Source: Rhodobacterales bacterium (GTDB lineage: Bacteria; Pseudomonadota; Alphaproteobacteria; Rhodobacterales; Rhodobacteraceae). From it: a DNA stretch of 62,564 nt. Positions 1-8,652 of this stretch are shown here, piece by piece. The stretch lies in assembly GCA_031430315.1 (NCBI GenBank), contig JANPBI010000139.1, forward strand, positions 1-62,564, in the 5' to 3' direction. The notes below the pieces were generated by a model that saw only the letters and a program-made list of their open reading frames with translations, had not been told where the DNA came from and made no database searches. Position 1 is the first letter of the stretch. The number at the start of each line of letters is the position of its first letter. Both the position numbers and the translations under genes were made by a program.

Positions 1-43
1 GATGGATTCTCCTCCGCTTGGCTCGAGGATTGAAGGATGCGTC

Positions 44-58
44 TTAACAATCAGTTAG
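44..58 (+). promoter_or_regulatory. CtrA-box-like motif TTAA-N7-TTAG upstream of fliL
   Basis: TTAACAATCAGTTAG at 44-58, about 45 nt upstream of the fliL ATG. It is a near match to the alphaproteobacterial CtrA consensus TTAA-N7-TTAAC (second half-site reads TTAGT). Single site, so it could be chance. Confidence 0.3.
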
Positions 59-103
59 TGACATTCGATCTATTTTTGTTCTCAGCAATGTCACAGGTGT
101 TTC

Positions 104-592
104 ATGGCCGATTCTGACCAGCCGCAAGACGCGGCCGCCAAACCAAAGAAATCAAAGCTTCCCCTGATCTTGGGTGGTGCATTGGCCATACTCGGGGGCG
201 CGGCAGGGTTCTATGCCACCTATTCAGGCATGATTCTTGGCGGGCATGAAGCGACACCTTCTGCGCTCGGGGATGCGTTGGCGGCGCTGCCAGACATAGC
301 TTTCGTCCCCATTACGCCGATGGTGATCTCTTTGGGACAGGCATCACGCAACAGCCATCTGCGGTTTACGGCCCAGCTCGAAGTTGCCGCCGCACACAGT
401 GCCGAGGTTACGCTTTTGCTGCCACGCATCATGGACGTGCTGAACGGGTATCTGCGCGCCATCGACGTGGCCGAGATCGAGGACCCTGGCGCGCTGGTCC
501 GAATGCGGGCGCATATGCTTCGACGCGCCCAGATCGTCTCGGGCGAGGGTCGGGTCCGCGACTTGTTGATCACCGAATTCGTACTGAACTGA
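104..592 (+). CDS. fliL: Flagellar basal-body-associated protein FliL
   Basis: 162 aa. Lys-rich N-terminus, then one TM helix (LPLILGGALAILGGAAGFYA) and a periplasmic domain of FliL size. First gene of a flagellar operon. Confidence 0.75.
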   Translation: MADSDQPQDAAAKPKKSKLPLILGGALAILGGAAGFYATYSGMILGGHEATPSALGDALAALPDIAFVPITPMVISLGQASRNSHLRFTAQLEVAAAHSAEVTLLLPRIMDVLNGYLRAIDVAEIEDPGALVRMRAHMLRRAQIVSGEGRVRDLLITEFVLN

Positions 593-602
593 TAGGCAGG
601 CC

Positions 603-1001
603 ATGAACCTAATTGCCGATATTTTGCTGGCAGCCGGGGCCTTTGGCGCGGCTGTCTATTGTTCCATCCTTTCGGCGCGGCTCAAGACGTTCTCGACGCT
701 CGAATCGGGTATGGGTGGTGCAATTGCTGTGCTGTCTGCACAGGTCGACGACATGACGCGCGCACTGGAAACTGCGCAGGGGGCTTCGGACGTTTCGGCC
801 AGCCGCCTTGCCGACCTTGCCCAGCGGGCCGAGTCTGCGTCTGCCCGGCTAGAGCTTTTGGTTGCCTCGTTGCATGACCTTGGCGACGCGCCGGGGCCGG
901 TAGTGTCCGCAGACCCTGACCCCGACGCCGCCGAGGGTGGGCGGCGGATGCGTGTTGTCCGGCAGCGGATCGCCCGCGACCGGTTGGAGGCCGCAGAATG
1001 A
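603..1001 (+). CDS. Membrane-anchored coiled-coil protein of unknown function (flagellar cluster)
   Basis: 132 aa. N-terminal TM helix (IADILLAAGAFGAAVYCSIL) followed by Ala/Leu/Glu-rich helical sequence. Lies 10 nt after fliL and overlaps the next gene as ATGA. Confidence 0.55.
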   Translation: MNLIADILLAAGAFGAAVYCSILSARLKTFSTLESGMGGAIAVLSAQVDDMTRALETAQGASDVSASRLADLAQRAESASARLELLVASLHDLGDAPGPVVSADPDPDAAEGGRRMRVVRQRIARDRLEAAE

Positions 1002-1564
1002 CGCGTCGTTCCAGTCGGGGCGTCCTTTGGATTCTGGCGTTGTTCCTGGCAGCGTCCGGCGCGCTGCGGGTCGGGTCCGAAGTCGGACTCGCCTTTGCCG
1101 AAGCGGCGACCGACGCCAACGGCCATTCCGAGACGGCCCCCGCGCTGACCTGTCCGCAACCCCCGCTCGCGCTGGCCGAGGCGTTGACAGCGCGCGAGGC
1201 GCAGGTGGCAAAATCTGAAGCAGCACTTCAAGAACGTCTGGCGGCCCTAGCCCTGACCGATGCTGCAGTGACGACGCGACTGGGTGCTCTAGAAGCCGCC
1301 GAGACAAAACTGCGCGACACCCTTGCCCTGGCCGATGGTGCCGCCGAGGACGATCTTTTGCGCCTAACAGCCGTCTACGAGACGATGAAGCCCAAGGATG
1401 CCACCAAGCTTTTCGAGGCGATGACCCCGGATTTCGCCGCTGGATTTCTTGGCCGCATGCGCCCAGATGCCGCCGCCGCCGTCATGTCCGGCATGTCCGC
1501 CGATGCGGCTTACGCAGTCAGCGTGATCCTGGCTGGTCGCAATGCCGACGTTCCCAAGGACTAG
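998..1564 (+). CDS. MotE-like protein (MgtE_N-type helical domain, signal/anchor sequence)
   Basis: 188 aa with an N-terminal hydrophobic segment (VLWILALFLAASGAL). The C-terminal LLRLTAVYETMKPKDATKLFEAMTPDFAAGFLGRMRPDAAAAVMSGMSADAAYAVS resembles the MgtE intracellular-N/MotE repeat. Size is similar to rhizobial MotE. Confidence 0.6.
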   Translation: MTRRSSRGVLWILALFLAASGALRVGSEVGLAFAEAATDANGHSETAPALTCPQPPLALAEALTAREAQVAKSEAALQERLAALALTDAAVTTRLGALEAAETKLRDTLALADGAAEDDLLRLTAVYETMKPKDATKLFEAMTPDFAAGFLGRMRPDAAAAVMSGMSADAAYAVSVILAGRNADVPKD

Positions 1565-1744
1565 GTGGCGGTTGGATCGGGATACCAAACCTCGGTTGGG
1601 GACCAGGGCCGCCAGGCGCAGTTCAATCCGGGCGGTTCGAGCAAATTGCGCTGAATTTCCGGCGGCAGTGGCTGGCCCGTTGGGATCATTTGTTAACGGC
1701 TGTCTGCAAGATTTAGCCCGACAATTCAGGGGCGGGGCGCAAGT

Positions 1745-2614
1745 ATGTTTGGTCTGATCGGGATCGCTGTCATCTTCATCATGGTCTTCGGCGGCTATCT
1801 TCTGGCCGGCGGCAAGATGGGCATCATCCTCAAGACTTTGCCGTTCGAGATGATCATGATCGGGGGCGCGGCCCTCGGAGCATTCCTGCTGTCCAACGAC
1901 CTGGCCAGCGTCAAACACACGCTCAAGGACGTCGGCAAGGTCTTCAAGGGACCAAAATGGAAACCTGCGGATTATCGTGACCTTCTGTGTTTGCTGTTCG
2001 AGCTGATCCGGGTGGCGCGCGGCAATCCCGTCGCCCTCGAAGAGCATGTCGAAAATCCTTTGGAATCATCGATTTTTGCGCGCTATCCCAGGCTGTCGCA
2101 CGACCATGAGGTTGTCGATCTGATCTGCGACACGTTCCGCGCTGCGTCGATGAACTACGACGACCCCCACCAGGTCGAAGAGGTTCTCGACAAACGGATG
2201 GAGGCGACACAGAACCACGCAATGCATTCCAGCCATGCCTTGCAGACCGTTGCCGACGGTTTGCCTGCGCTGGGGATCGTTGCTGCCGTCCTGGGCGTGA
2301 TCAAGACGATGGGAAACATCGACCAACCGCCAGAAGTTCTGGGCAAGATGATCGGCGGCGCATTGGTGGGAACGTTTCTGGGGGTGTTCCTAGCCTATGG
2401 GCTGGTCGGACCCTTTGCCGCGCGGGTCAAGGCGGTGATCGAAGATGACGCGCATTTCTATCAGCTGATCCGCGAAGTCCTCGTGGCCAACCTGCACCGC
2501 CACGCCCCCAATATCTGCATCGAGGTGGGTCGCCAGAACACCCCGCACCATGTCCGTCCCAGCTTTGCCGATGTCGAAGAGGCGTTGCGCGGCTTGAAGC
2601 AGGATGCAGCATGA
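1745..2614 (+). CDS. motA: Flagellar stator protein MotA
   Basis: 289 aa with a typical MotA N-terminus (MFGLIGIAVIFIMVFGGYLLAGGKMGII), four TM segments and the conserved C-terminal LPALGIVAAVLGVIKTM and GALVGTFLGVFLAYG helices. Confidence 0.9.
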   Translation: MFGLIGIAVIFIMVFGGYLLAGGKMGIILKTLPFEMIMIGGAALGAFLLSNDLASVKHTLKDVGKVFKGPKWKPADYRDLLCLLFELIRVARGNPVALEEHVENPLESSIFARYPRLSHDHEVVDLICDTFRAASMNYDDPHQVEEVLDKRMEATQNHAMHSSHALQTVADGLPALGIVAAVLGVIKTMGNIDQPPEVLGKMIGGALVGTFLGVFLAYGLVGPFAARVKAVIEDDAHFYQLIREVLVANLHRHAPNICIEVGRQNTPHHVRPSFADVEEALRGLKQDAA

Positions 2615-4980
2615 CGCGCCTGTGGCTCCTCTTCTGTCTGTTCTTGCTTCCCGCGGCCGTTCTGGCCGAACCGGCGCGGGTCACGTCCGGCGACCATGAC
2701 GGGTTTTCGCGCCTTGTGGTGGAGCTGTTCGCCCCCGCCGACTGGCGGTTTGGCCGTCAAAGCGACGGCTATGCGCTGGTCGTAGACGGTGCGACGCAAG
2801 GATACGATCTAGATTCTGTCTTTGATTTGATCGGTCGCCAACGCCTTGCCGCCTTATCGGTAAGCCCGGCCAATGGAAATCTGCTGATCGGCTTGGCCTG
2901 CGCCTGCCACGCTATCCCTTTTGAATTCCGTCCGGGCGTGATCGTCATCGACATCCGTGAAGGTCCGCCCCCAGCTGGATCCTCGTTTGAGGAAATGCTT
3001 GATCCCGAAACAAACAGTCTTGCCCCCCGTCGCCCGAGGCCGCGTCCCGAACGGCCAAGCCTGGCGGCCCAGCAGCCCGATGCGCGACCTGGCACGGACC
3101 CTGTTATGTTGATGGCCGCCGCGCCAAAACCAGTCGCGACCCAAGGCAACGATGATTCCCCGTGGGTCCTCTCTCCGCTACCCACAGATGCCGGTTTGCC
3201 ACCCAAACGAACCGAAAATGGCCAGACGCCGCAGCGATATGACTGGCTGGCGATGGCCGGGACAGCAAAAGATAGGGGCAACGAGCCGGGCCTTTCCATC
3301 CCAATGAACATCGCCCGCACTCCGGTCCCCCTTGCCGTCATGCGCGATGATCTTTTGGCTCAGATCAGCCGGGGAGCAGCCCGCGGTGTGGTTGACCTGG
3401 CCAAACCCCAGCCAAACGCCGAGGCAAAAGACGCAGCCCCCATAGTCGGAAATCGGCCTATGCAGGTCGTCGTGGATCCCGTGCCGGGGATGACGACGGC
3501 CACGACCGGGGATCGCGACGCGGATCTGACCGCAACAGGTGCTAACTGCATCCCGGACTCTGCGCTCGACTTGGCGGGTTGGGGTCGACCGGGTCCGGTT
3601 TCGGCGGAAATGTGGTCACTGTCGTCGGGCCTTGTGGGGGAATTCGACACCGTCGACACGAACGTCCTGCGCGGGGCGATCCTTTACAGCCTGCATCTGG
3701 GGTTCGGGGCCGAGTCGGGTCATATGGTCAGCGCCTTTCCCGACTCCGACCTCGCCCCGGATGGGATCATCTGGGCCAGCCTTGGAATGCTGGTGGACGG
3801 CCGTCCCGATCCGGATGGACCCTTTGCAGACATGATGCCCTGCGATACGGCGGCCGCACTTTGGGCCGTGCTGTCCCATGATAGCCTGACCCCATCGGAC
3901 AGCATCAATGCCGACGCCGTATTGCGCAGCTTTTCTGCGTTGCCGTCTTCCTTGCGGTTGTCTCTCGGGCCTGGACTTGCGGATCGCTTCATGGCGATTG
4001 ATCGCACCGATATCGTCCGCGCAGTCTGGAGTGCGGTTGAAAGATCGCCCGATGGGGCGGGCAGCACGGCCGACTTGATCGACGCGCAGCTTGAAATGGC
4101 GCACGGTGCACCGGAAACGGCTGCAGACCTTGCCGAAGGGGTGATCAAAGGTGCAGGCCCCGATGTCCCAAAGGCAATGGTTGTACTGGTCGAGGCCAAA
4201 CTTGCGCAGGGCAAGCTCATCGACGCGCAGACGACAAACGCGCTTCAGTCCCTATTGCGTGAAAACAAAGGGGCGGACCTCGAAAAACCGCTTGCCCGGG
4301 CGGTCATCCTTGCCCTTGCCAGCAATGGTGATGCGGATACGGCATTTGCTCTTTTGGCAGATTATCCTGAGCCAGCGACTTCGCTTTGGGCGGTGCTTGC
4401 CGAACTTGGGGCTGACAGCGATGTCCTGACCTGGGCTGTCGGCGCCCCGGGTTCGGGTCCCGAACAGGCCAGCCAGGACGTCCGGCGGCGGATGGCAGAA
4501 CGCTTGATGTCGCTGGGTTTTGCGCAGGCAGCCCTTGGCTGGCTTGGACCACCTGCTGCCAAATGGACGGCCGACGACCTGAGGCTAGCCGCGCAAGCGC
4601 AGCTGGTGCTGGATGCCCCGGTCACAGCACTTGACCGATTGCAGGCGCTGGACGATCCCGCAGCTGCTGCCCTTGCAGCACAGGCGCATTTGCAGGCTGG
4701 GGATGCCAAAGCGGCGGCAACCCTTTTTGTGTCTGTCCCGGATACAGCTGCGGCAGATCACGCCTTGATCGTGGCGCAGGACTGGGACGAGCTCTCGCGG
4801 ATCGGGCCTGCGCCCTGGAAGGACGCCGCCGCCCTTTTGGCAGCCGAACCTGATTCCGCCCCCCCGCCCCCCCCTCTTGCCGAAGCTGCCGCGCTTTTGA
4901 CCGAAGCTGCGGCAACACGGGAAAGCCTGGCTGCGCTGTTGTCCGCAGTGCAATCCCCGACAGCAGCCCTGACCCCTTGA
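2611..4980 (+). CDS. Large exported Ala/Pro-rich protein of unknown function, translationally coupled to motA
   Basis: 789 aa whose ATG overlaps the motA stop (ATGA). Has a Sec-type signal peptide (LWLLFCLFLLPAAVLAEP), an N-terminal beta-rich block (FSRLVVELFAPADWRFGRQSDGYALVVDG), a Pro-rich linker and a long Ala/Leu-rich helical C-terminus. Confidence 0.6.
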   Translation: MTRLWLLFCLFLLPAAVLAEPARVTSGDHDGFSRLVVELFAPADWRFGRQSDGYALVVDGATQGYDLDSVFDLIGRQRLAALSVSPANGNLLIGLACACHAIPFEFRPGVIVIDIREGPPPAGSSFEEMLDPETNSLAPRRPRPRPERPSLAAQQPDARPGTDPVMLMAAAPKPVATQGNDDSPWVLSPLPTDAGLPPKRTENGQTPQRYDWLAMAGTAKDRGNEPGLSIPMNIARTPVPLAVMRDDLLAQISRGAARGVVDLAKPQPNAEAKDAAPIVGNRPMQVVVDPVPGMTTATTGDRDADLTATGANCIPDSALDLAGWGRPGPVSAEMWSLSSGLVGEFDTVDTNVLRGAILYSLHLGFGAESGHMVSAFPDSDLAPDGIIWASLGMLVDGRPDPDGPFADMMPCDTAAALWAVLSHDSLTPSDSINADAVLRSFSALPSSLRLSLGPGLADRFMAIDRTDIVRAVWSAVERSPDGAGSTADLIDAQLEMAHGAPETAADLAEGVIKGAGPDVPKAMVVLVEAKLAQGKLIDAQTTNALQSLLRENKGADLEKPLARAVILALASNGDADTAFALLADYPEPATSLWAVLAELGADSDVLTWAVGAPGSGPEQASQDVRRRMAERLMSLGFAQAALGWLGPPAAKWTADDLRLAAQAQLVLDAPVTALDRLQALDDPAAAALAAQAHLQAGDAKAAATLFVSVPDTAAADHALIVAQDWDELSRIGPAPWKDAAALLAAEPDSAPPPPPLAEAAALLTEAAATRESLAALLSAVQSPTAALTP

Positions 4981-5065
4981 TTCGGTTACGGATTGGAAAG
5001 GTCTCGCCTCTAGGGTCCAGAGCTTACAAGGGCGACAGAATGTCACCGTCAAAGGGTCAGGTCCC

Positions 5066-5797
5066 ATGCAGTCGAGGTACAGCCTCCGAATCCATCACGT
5101 GCGGGCGATTCAGATTTTGTCGGTCTGCTTGGCTCTCGGCCCGGTTGCCTCCCAGTCTTCCACATCGGGCAACGCTGACCTTTGCCGCAACGCTGCGCTG
5201 TCTGCCGCGCGCGAAACCGGCGTTCCCTATGAAGTCCTGTTGGCACTGTCATTGACGGAAACCGGACGTGCAGAGGGCGGGATTGTGTCGCCCTGGCCTT
5301 GGGCCGTCCATCATGATGGCAAAGGCTATTGGTTCGACACCAAGGCCGATGCCATTGCCATGGCCGAAGAGGCGTTGGACAAAGGCGCCACCAACATCGA
5401 CCTGGGGTGTTTTCAGCTGAATATCCGCTGGCATGCGCAAGCCTTCAGTTCGGTCGAAGACATGATCTTGCCCGACAACAATGCACGCTACGCCGCCGAA
5501 TTTCTGACGCAGCTTTATCAGGACAGTGGGGACTGGGCGATTGCCGCAGGCGCTTACCATTCTCGCAATCCTGACAATGCCACCACCTATCGCGCCAAGT
5601 TCGAAACGATCTTGGCAAAGTTAGGCGGAGACTCCGCCCTGGCCCTTGCGGCGCCTTCTACCGCCGATCTGGCGTTGGGCTCTTACGACCCGGCCCCTCG
5701 TGAAAACCGGTTCCCCTTGCTGCAATCGGGTGTTGCGGGCGGGGCTGGGTCCATCGTCCCCCTTTTGCCCGCCGGTGACCGGCTGGTCGGGGGATAG
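5066..5797 (+). CDS. Lytic transglycosylase (SLT domain), flagellum-associated by context
   Basis: 243 aa with a signal peptide. SLT-like core: VPYEVLLALSLTETG, NIDLGCFQLN and AAGAYHSRNP. Sits immediately upstream of flhA. Confidence 0.8.
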   Translation: MQSRYSLRIHHVRAIQILSVCLALGPVASQSSTSGNADLCRNAALSAARETGVPYEVLLALSLTETGRAEGGIVSPWPWAVHHDGKGYWFDTKADAIAMAEEALDKGATNIDLGCFQLNIRWHAQAFSSVEDMILPDNNARYAAEFLTQLYQDSGDWAIAAGAYHSRNPDNATTYRAKFETILAKLGGDSALALAAPSTADLALGSYDPAPRENRFPLLQSGVAGGAGSIVPLLPAGDRLVGG

Positions 5798-7876
5798 ATG
5801 CGGATGGGCGTGTTCCAAATCTCCAGCCTTTTCCGACCCACCGTTCTACTGGCCCTGGCGATTATGGCGATCATCGTCATGATGATCCTTCCGGTCCCGT
5901 CGTTTGTTCTCGACATCGGACTGGCCTTGTCTTTTGCGCTGGCCATCCTGATGCTGACGGTCACGCTGTTCGTGGAACGCCCACTGGATTTTTCGGCATT
6001 TCCGACGATTCTGCTGGCCTCCTTGATGTTGCGCCTGTCACTCAACGTCTCGTCGACAAAGCTGATCATCGGGCAAGGCCATACTGGCACCGGTGCTGCC
6101 GGTGAGGTGATCGAAGGGTTTGCCAACTTCATCATGGGCGGATCGGTCCTGATCGGCGTCGTCATCTTTTGCGTGCTGATGATTGTGAACTTCGTTGTCA
6201 TCACCAAGGGTGCGGGCCGCATGGCCGAGGTTGGCGCGCGCTTTGCGCTGGACGGCATGCCGGGCCGCCAGCTTGCCATTGACGCCGACATGTCCGCCGG
6301 GGCCATCGACCATACCGAAGCCAAGCTGCGCCGCGAAACCGAACTGGCCGAAACGACCTTTTTCGGCTCACTCGACGGAGCATCGAAATTCGTTAAGGGC
6401 GACGCAATAGCGGGTCTGTTGATCACGTTCCTTAACATTGTGGTCGGCCTGATCATGGGCATCTTCGTCCATGACATGGAGATCGCCCGCGCATTTGAAA
6501 CCTATGCCATCTTGACGGTCGGGGACGGTCTGGTCAGTCAGGTACCCGCCGTCATCATCTCTGTCGCTGCGGCGCTGCTTTTGTCCCGCGGGGGGACCAA
6601 AGGGGCGGCGGATGTCTCGTTCTTTGCCCAGTTGGGGCGGTATCCGGCAGCCTTGGGCACGGTTGCGCTGATCATGGGACTGTTCGCGATCATTCCCGGG
6701 CTGCCTTTTCTTCCTTTTGTCCTAGGATCAGCGGGTCTTGGGACCGCGGCCTATCTTGCGGCCAAACGGGACGCCAAGCCTGCTCCAGTCATCGATGTCA
6801 CTCCCTCAGCCCCACGCGCGCGACCCACGGGCGACGTTCTTGATTTCGACGAGATTCATATCGAATTCGCGCCGAACCTGGTCGGCATGGCGCTAGATCC
6901 CGCAACGGGGCTTGAGGCGCGGATCACCAACATGCGCACACATGTCGCCAGTGCCTTTGGGCTCATCCTGCCGGAGATGCGCCTGACCGATGAACCCACT
7001 CTGCCGCCAGGAACCTATCGCATCCGCCTGCAAGGGGTGGAGCGCGCCAAGGATCGCTTGGTGGCAGACCGGGTCTTGATTTTGCTGTCCGACGGCATCG
7101 CGGCCCCCGAAGGAGAGGACGTGCGCGAACCGGTCTATGGGGCGCCAGCCCGCTGGATCCGCCCCGAAAACCAGGAGGCCGCGGCCTTGTCCGGACTTGC
7201 GGTGGTGTCGCCAACCGAAGTTCTGGCGACCCACCTTCTGGAAATCATCAAAGGCAACCTGGCGCGCCTGTTGTCCCTGCGCGGTCTGCGCCGCCTTTTG
7301 GAGGAATTCGTCAACCTCTCCGACGCCCAGCGCGCCGAGGCTAACCGCCGCCTGCTGGATGAAATCGTCCCTGAAAAAGTGCCGCATGACCTTTTGCTGA
7401 CGGTTCTGCGTTTGCTGCTTGAGGAGCGCGTGTCGATCCGCAACCTGCCCCTGATCCTTGAGGCCACCGCCGAGGCGCGGGGCCTGGGCGCGCCCGAGGC
7501 CGTCTGCGAACATGTGCGCCAACGGTTGGGCTTTCAGATGGTCGCGGAACTGAAACGCGATGATGGCACCATTCCCCTGCTTCAATTGGCCCCGGAATGG
7601 GAAAAGACCTTTACCGCCCACCAGATCGACGGGGATCGCGGTCAGAAGGATGTGGCCCTGCCGCCCGAGACCTTTTCTCGATTGGCATCCGGCCTTGCCG
7701 ACCGCCTGAACCGAGCTGCTGAAACCGGGGTCTTTCCGGCGCTTGTCACGTCAACTTTGCGGCGGCGGTTTTTGCGCACGGTCATGGCGGCCAAGGGGCT
7801 GCAGGCTCCGGTCTTGTCCTATGAGGAAATAGGGATGGAGGCGAAACCCGCCTTGCTGGGGCAGATCCCTGCATGA
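5798..7876 (+). CDS. flhA: Flagellar type III export gate protein FlhA
   Basis: 692 aa. N-terminal multi-TM domain with FPTILLASLMLRLSLNVSSTKLI and FHIPxPG-like GAGRMAEVGARFALDGMPGRQLAIDAD, plus the cytoplasmic C-terminal domain. Confidence 0.95.
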   Translation: MRMGVFQISSLFRPTVLLALAIMAIIVMMILPVPSFVLDIGLALSFALAILMLTVTLFVERPLDFSAFPTILLASLMLRLSLNVSSTKLIIGQGHTGTGAAGEVIEGFANFIMGGSVLIGVVIFCVLMIVNFVVITKGAGRMAEVGARFALDGMPGRQLAIDADMSAGAIDHTEAKLRRETELAETTFFGSLDGASKFVKGDAIAGLLITFLNIVVGLIMGIFVHDMEIARAFETYAILTVGDGLVSQVPAVIISVAAALLLSRGGTKGAADVSFFAQLGRYPAALGTVALIMGLFAIIPGLPFLPFVLGSAGLGTAAYLAAKRDAKPAPVIDVTPSAPRARPTGDVLDFDEIHIEFAPNLVGMALDPATGLEARITNMRTHVASAFGLILPEMRLTDEPTLPPGTYRIRLQGVERAKDRLVADRVLILLSDGIAAPEGEDVREPVYGAPARWIRPENQEAAALSGLAVVSPTEVLATHLLEIIKGNLARLLSLRGLRRLLEEFVNLSDAQRAEANRRLLDEIVPEKVPHDLLLTVLRLLLEERVSIRNLPLILEATAEARGLGAPEAVCEHVRQRLGFQMVAELKRDDGTIPLLQLAPEWEKTFTAHQIDGDRGQKDVALPPETFSRLASGLADRLNRAAETGVFPALVTSTLRRRFLRTVMAAKGLQAPVLSYEEIGMEAKPALLGQIPA

Positions 7877-8652
7877 CGGGTCTGATCCAGAACATGACGG
7901 AACTGACAGGACTTGCGCATTCCGCACTTTGGGGGGCCGCTTTGGTGTTCCTGCGACTGGGGGCAATGATGGCCCTGATGCCCGCCTTTGGCGACCAGGT
8001 TGTGCCGATGCGCGTGCGGCTTGCGATCACGCTGGCTTTCACAGCAGTCGTTTATCCGGCGGTTGCACCGGGCCTGACCGAAATTCCGCCAGGAGATATC
8101 CGGGCGATCCTGGCCGAAGTGGTGGCGGGACTTGCCTTCGGGATCGGCTTACGGCTGATGATTGTGGCGCTTCAGGTGGCGGGGACCATTGCCGCCCAGG
8201 CCACAACCCTGTCCCAATTGATCGCCGGGGCCGGGGCAGAACCCCAACCTGCTATGTCCCACGTCCTGGTCTGGACTGGCCTTGCCCTTGCCGTCGCGCT
8301 GGATCTGCATGTGCGTGTCGCCGAACTGGCAGTGGTAAGCTATCAGATCCTGCCGGCAGGCACGCCCCCGGATGCCGCGGATTTGTCGACCTGGGGACTT
8401 GGGCGGATTACCCAGGCCTTCCGCCTCGGCTTTTCCATTTCAGCGCCCTTTGTCATCGCCGCCCTGATTTACAACCTTGCCCTTGGCGTGATTAACCGCG
8501 CCATGCCGCAGTTGATGGTCAGCTTTGTCGGTGCCCCGGCTCTGACACTCGGGGGACTTGCCTTGCTTGCGCTGGCAGCGCCCCTTGCTCTGTCCGCCTG
8601 GTTGTCCGCCTTTGGCGCGTTTCTGGACAATCCGCTGGGACCTTCGCCATGA
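7873..8652 (+). CDS. fliR: Flagellar export apparatus protein FliR
   Basis: 259 aa polytopic membrane protein. It overlaps both the flhA stop and the flhB start, in the canonical flhA-fliR-flhB order. Confidence 0.9.
   Translation: MTGLIQNMTELTGLAHSALWGAALVFLRLGAMMALMPAFGDQVVPMRVRLAITLAFTAVVYPAVAPGLTEIPPGDIRAILAEVVAGLAFGIGLRLMIVALQVAGTIAAQATTLSQLIAGAGAEPQPAMSHVLVWTGLALAVALDLHVRVAELAVVSYQILPAGTPPDAADLSTWGLGRITQAFRLGFSISAPFVIAALIYNLALGVINRAMPQLMVSFVGAPALTLGGLALLALAAPLALSAWLSAFGAFLDNPLGPSP

Noticed and set aside
1-43. Divergent gene start at the left edge (minus-strand GGAGGA at about 8-13 could be an RBS for a gene beginning just outside the window)
   Set aside because: No start codon or coding sequence is visible inside the window, so it cannot be supported.
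1669-1684. Sigma-54-like promoter TGGCTG-N5-TTGGG upstream of motA
   Set aside because: The -12 element reads TTGG rather than TTGC and the -24 element is also imperfect. It is a single weak match in GC-rich DNA, and I have no independent reason to expect RpoN control here.
5683-6477. 264-aa minus-strand ORF antisense to flhA
   Set aside because: It lies entirely inside the well-supported flhA frame. Its translation is Ser/Pro/Arg/Thr-rich and low-complexity, as expected for the antisense frame of GC-rich coding DNA.
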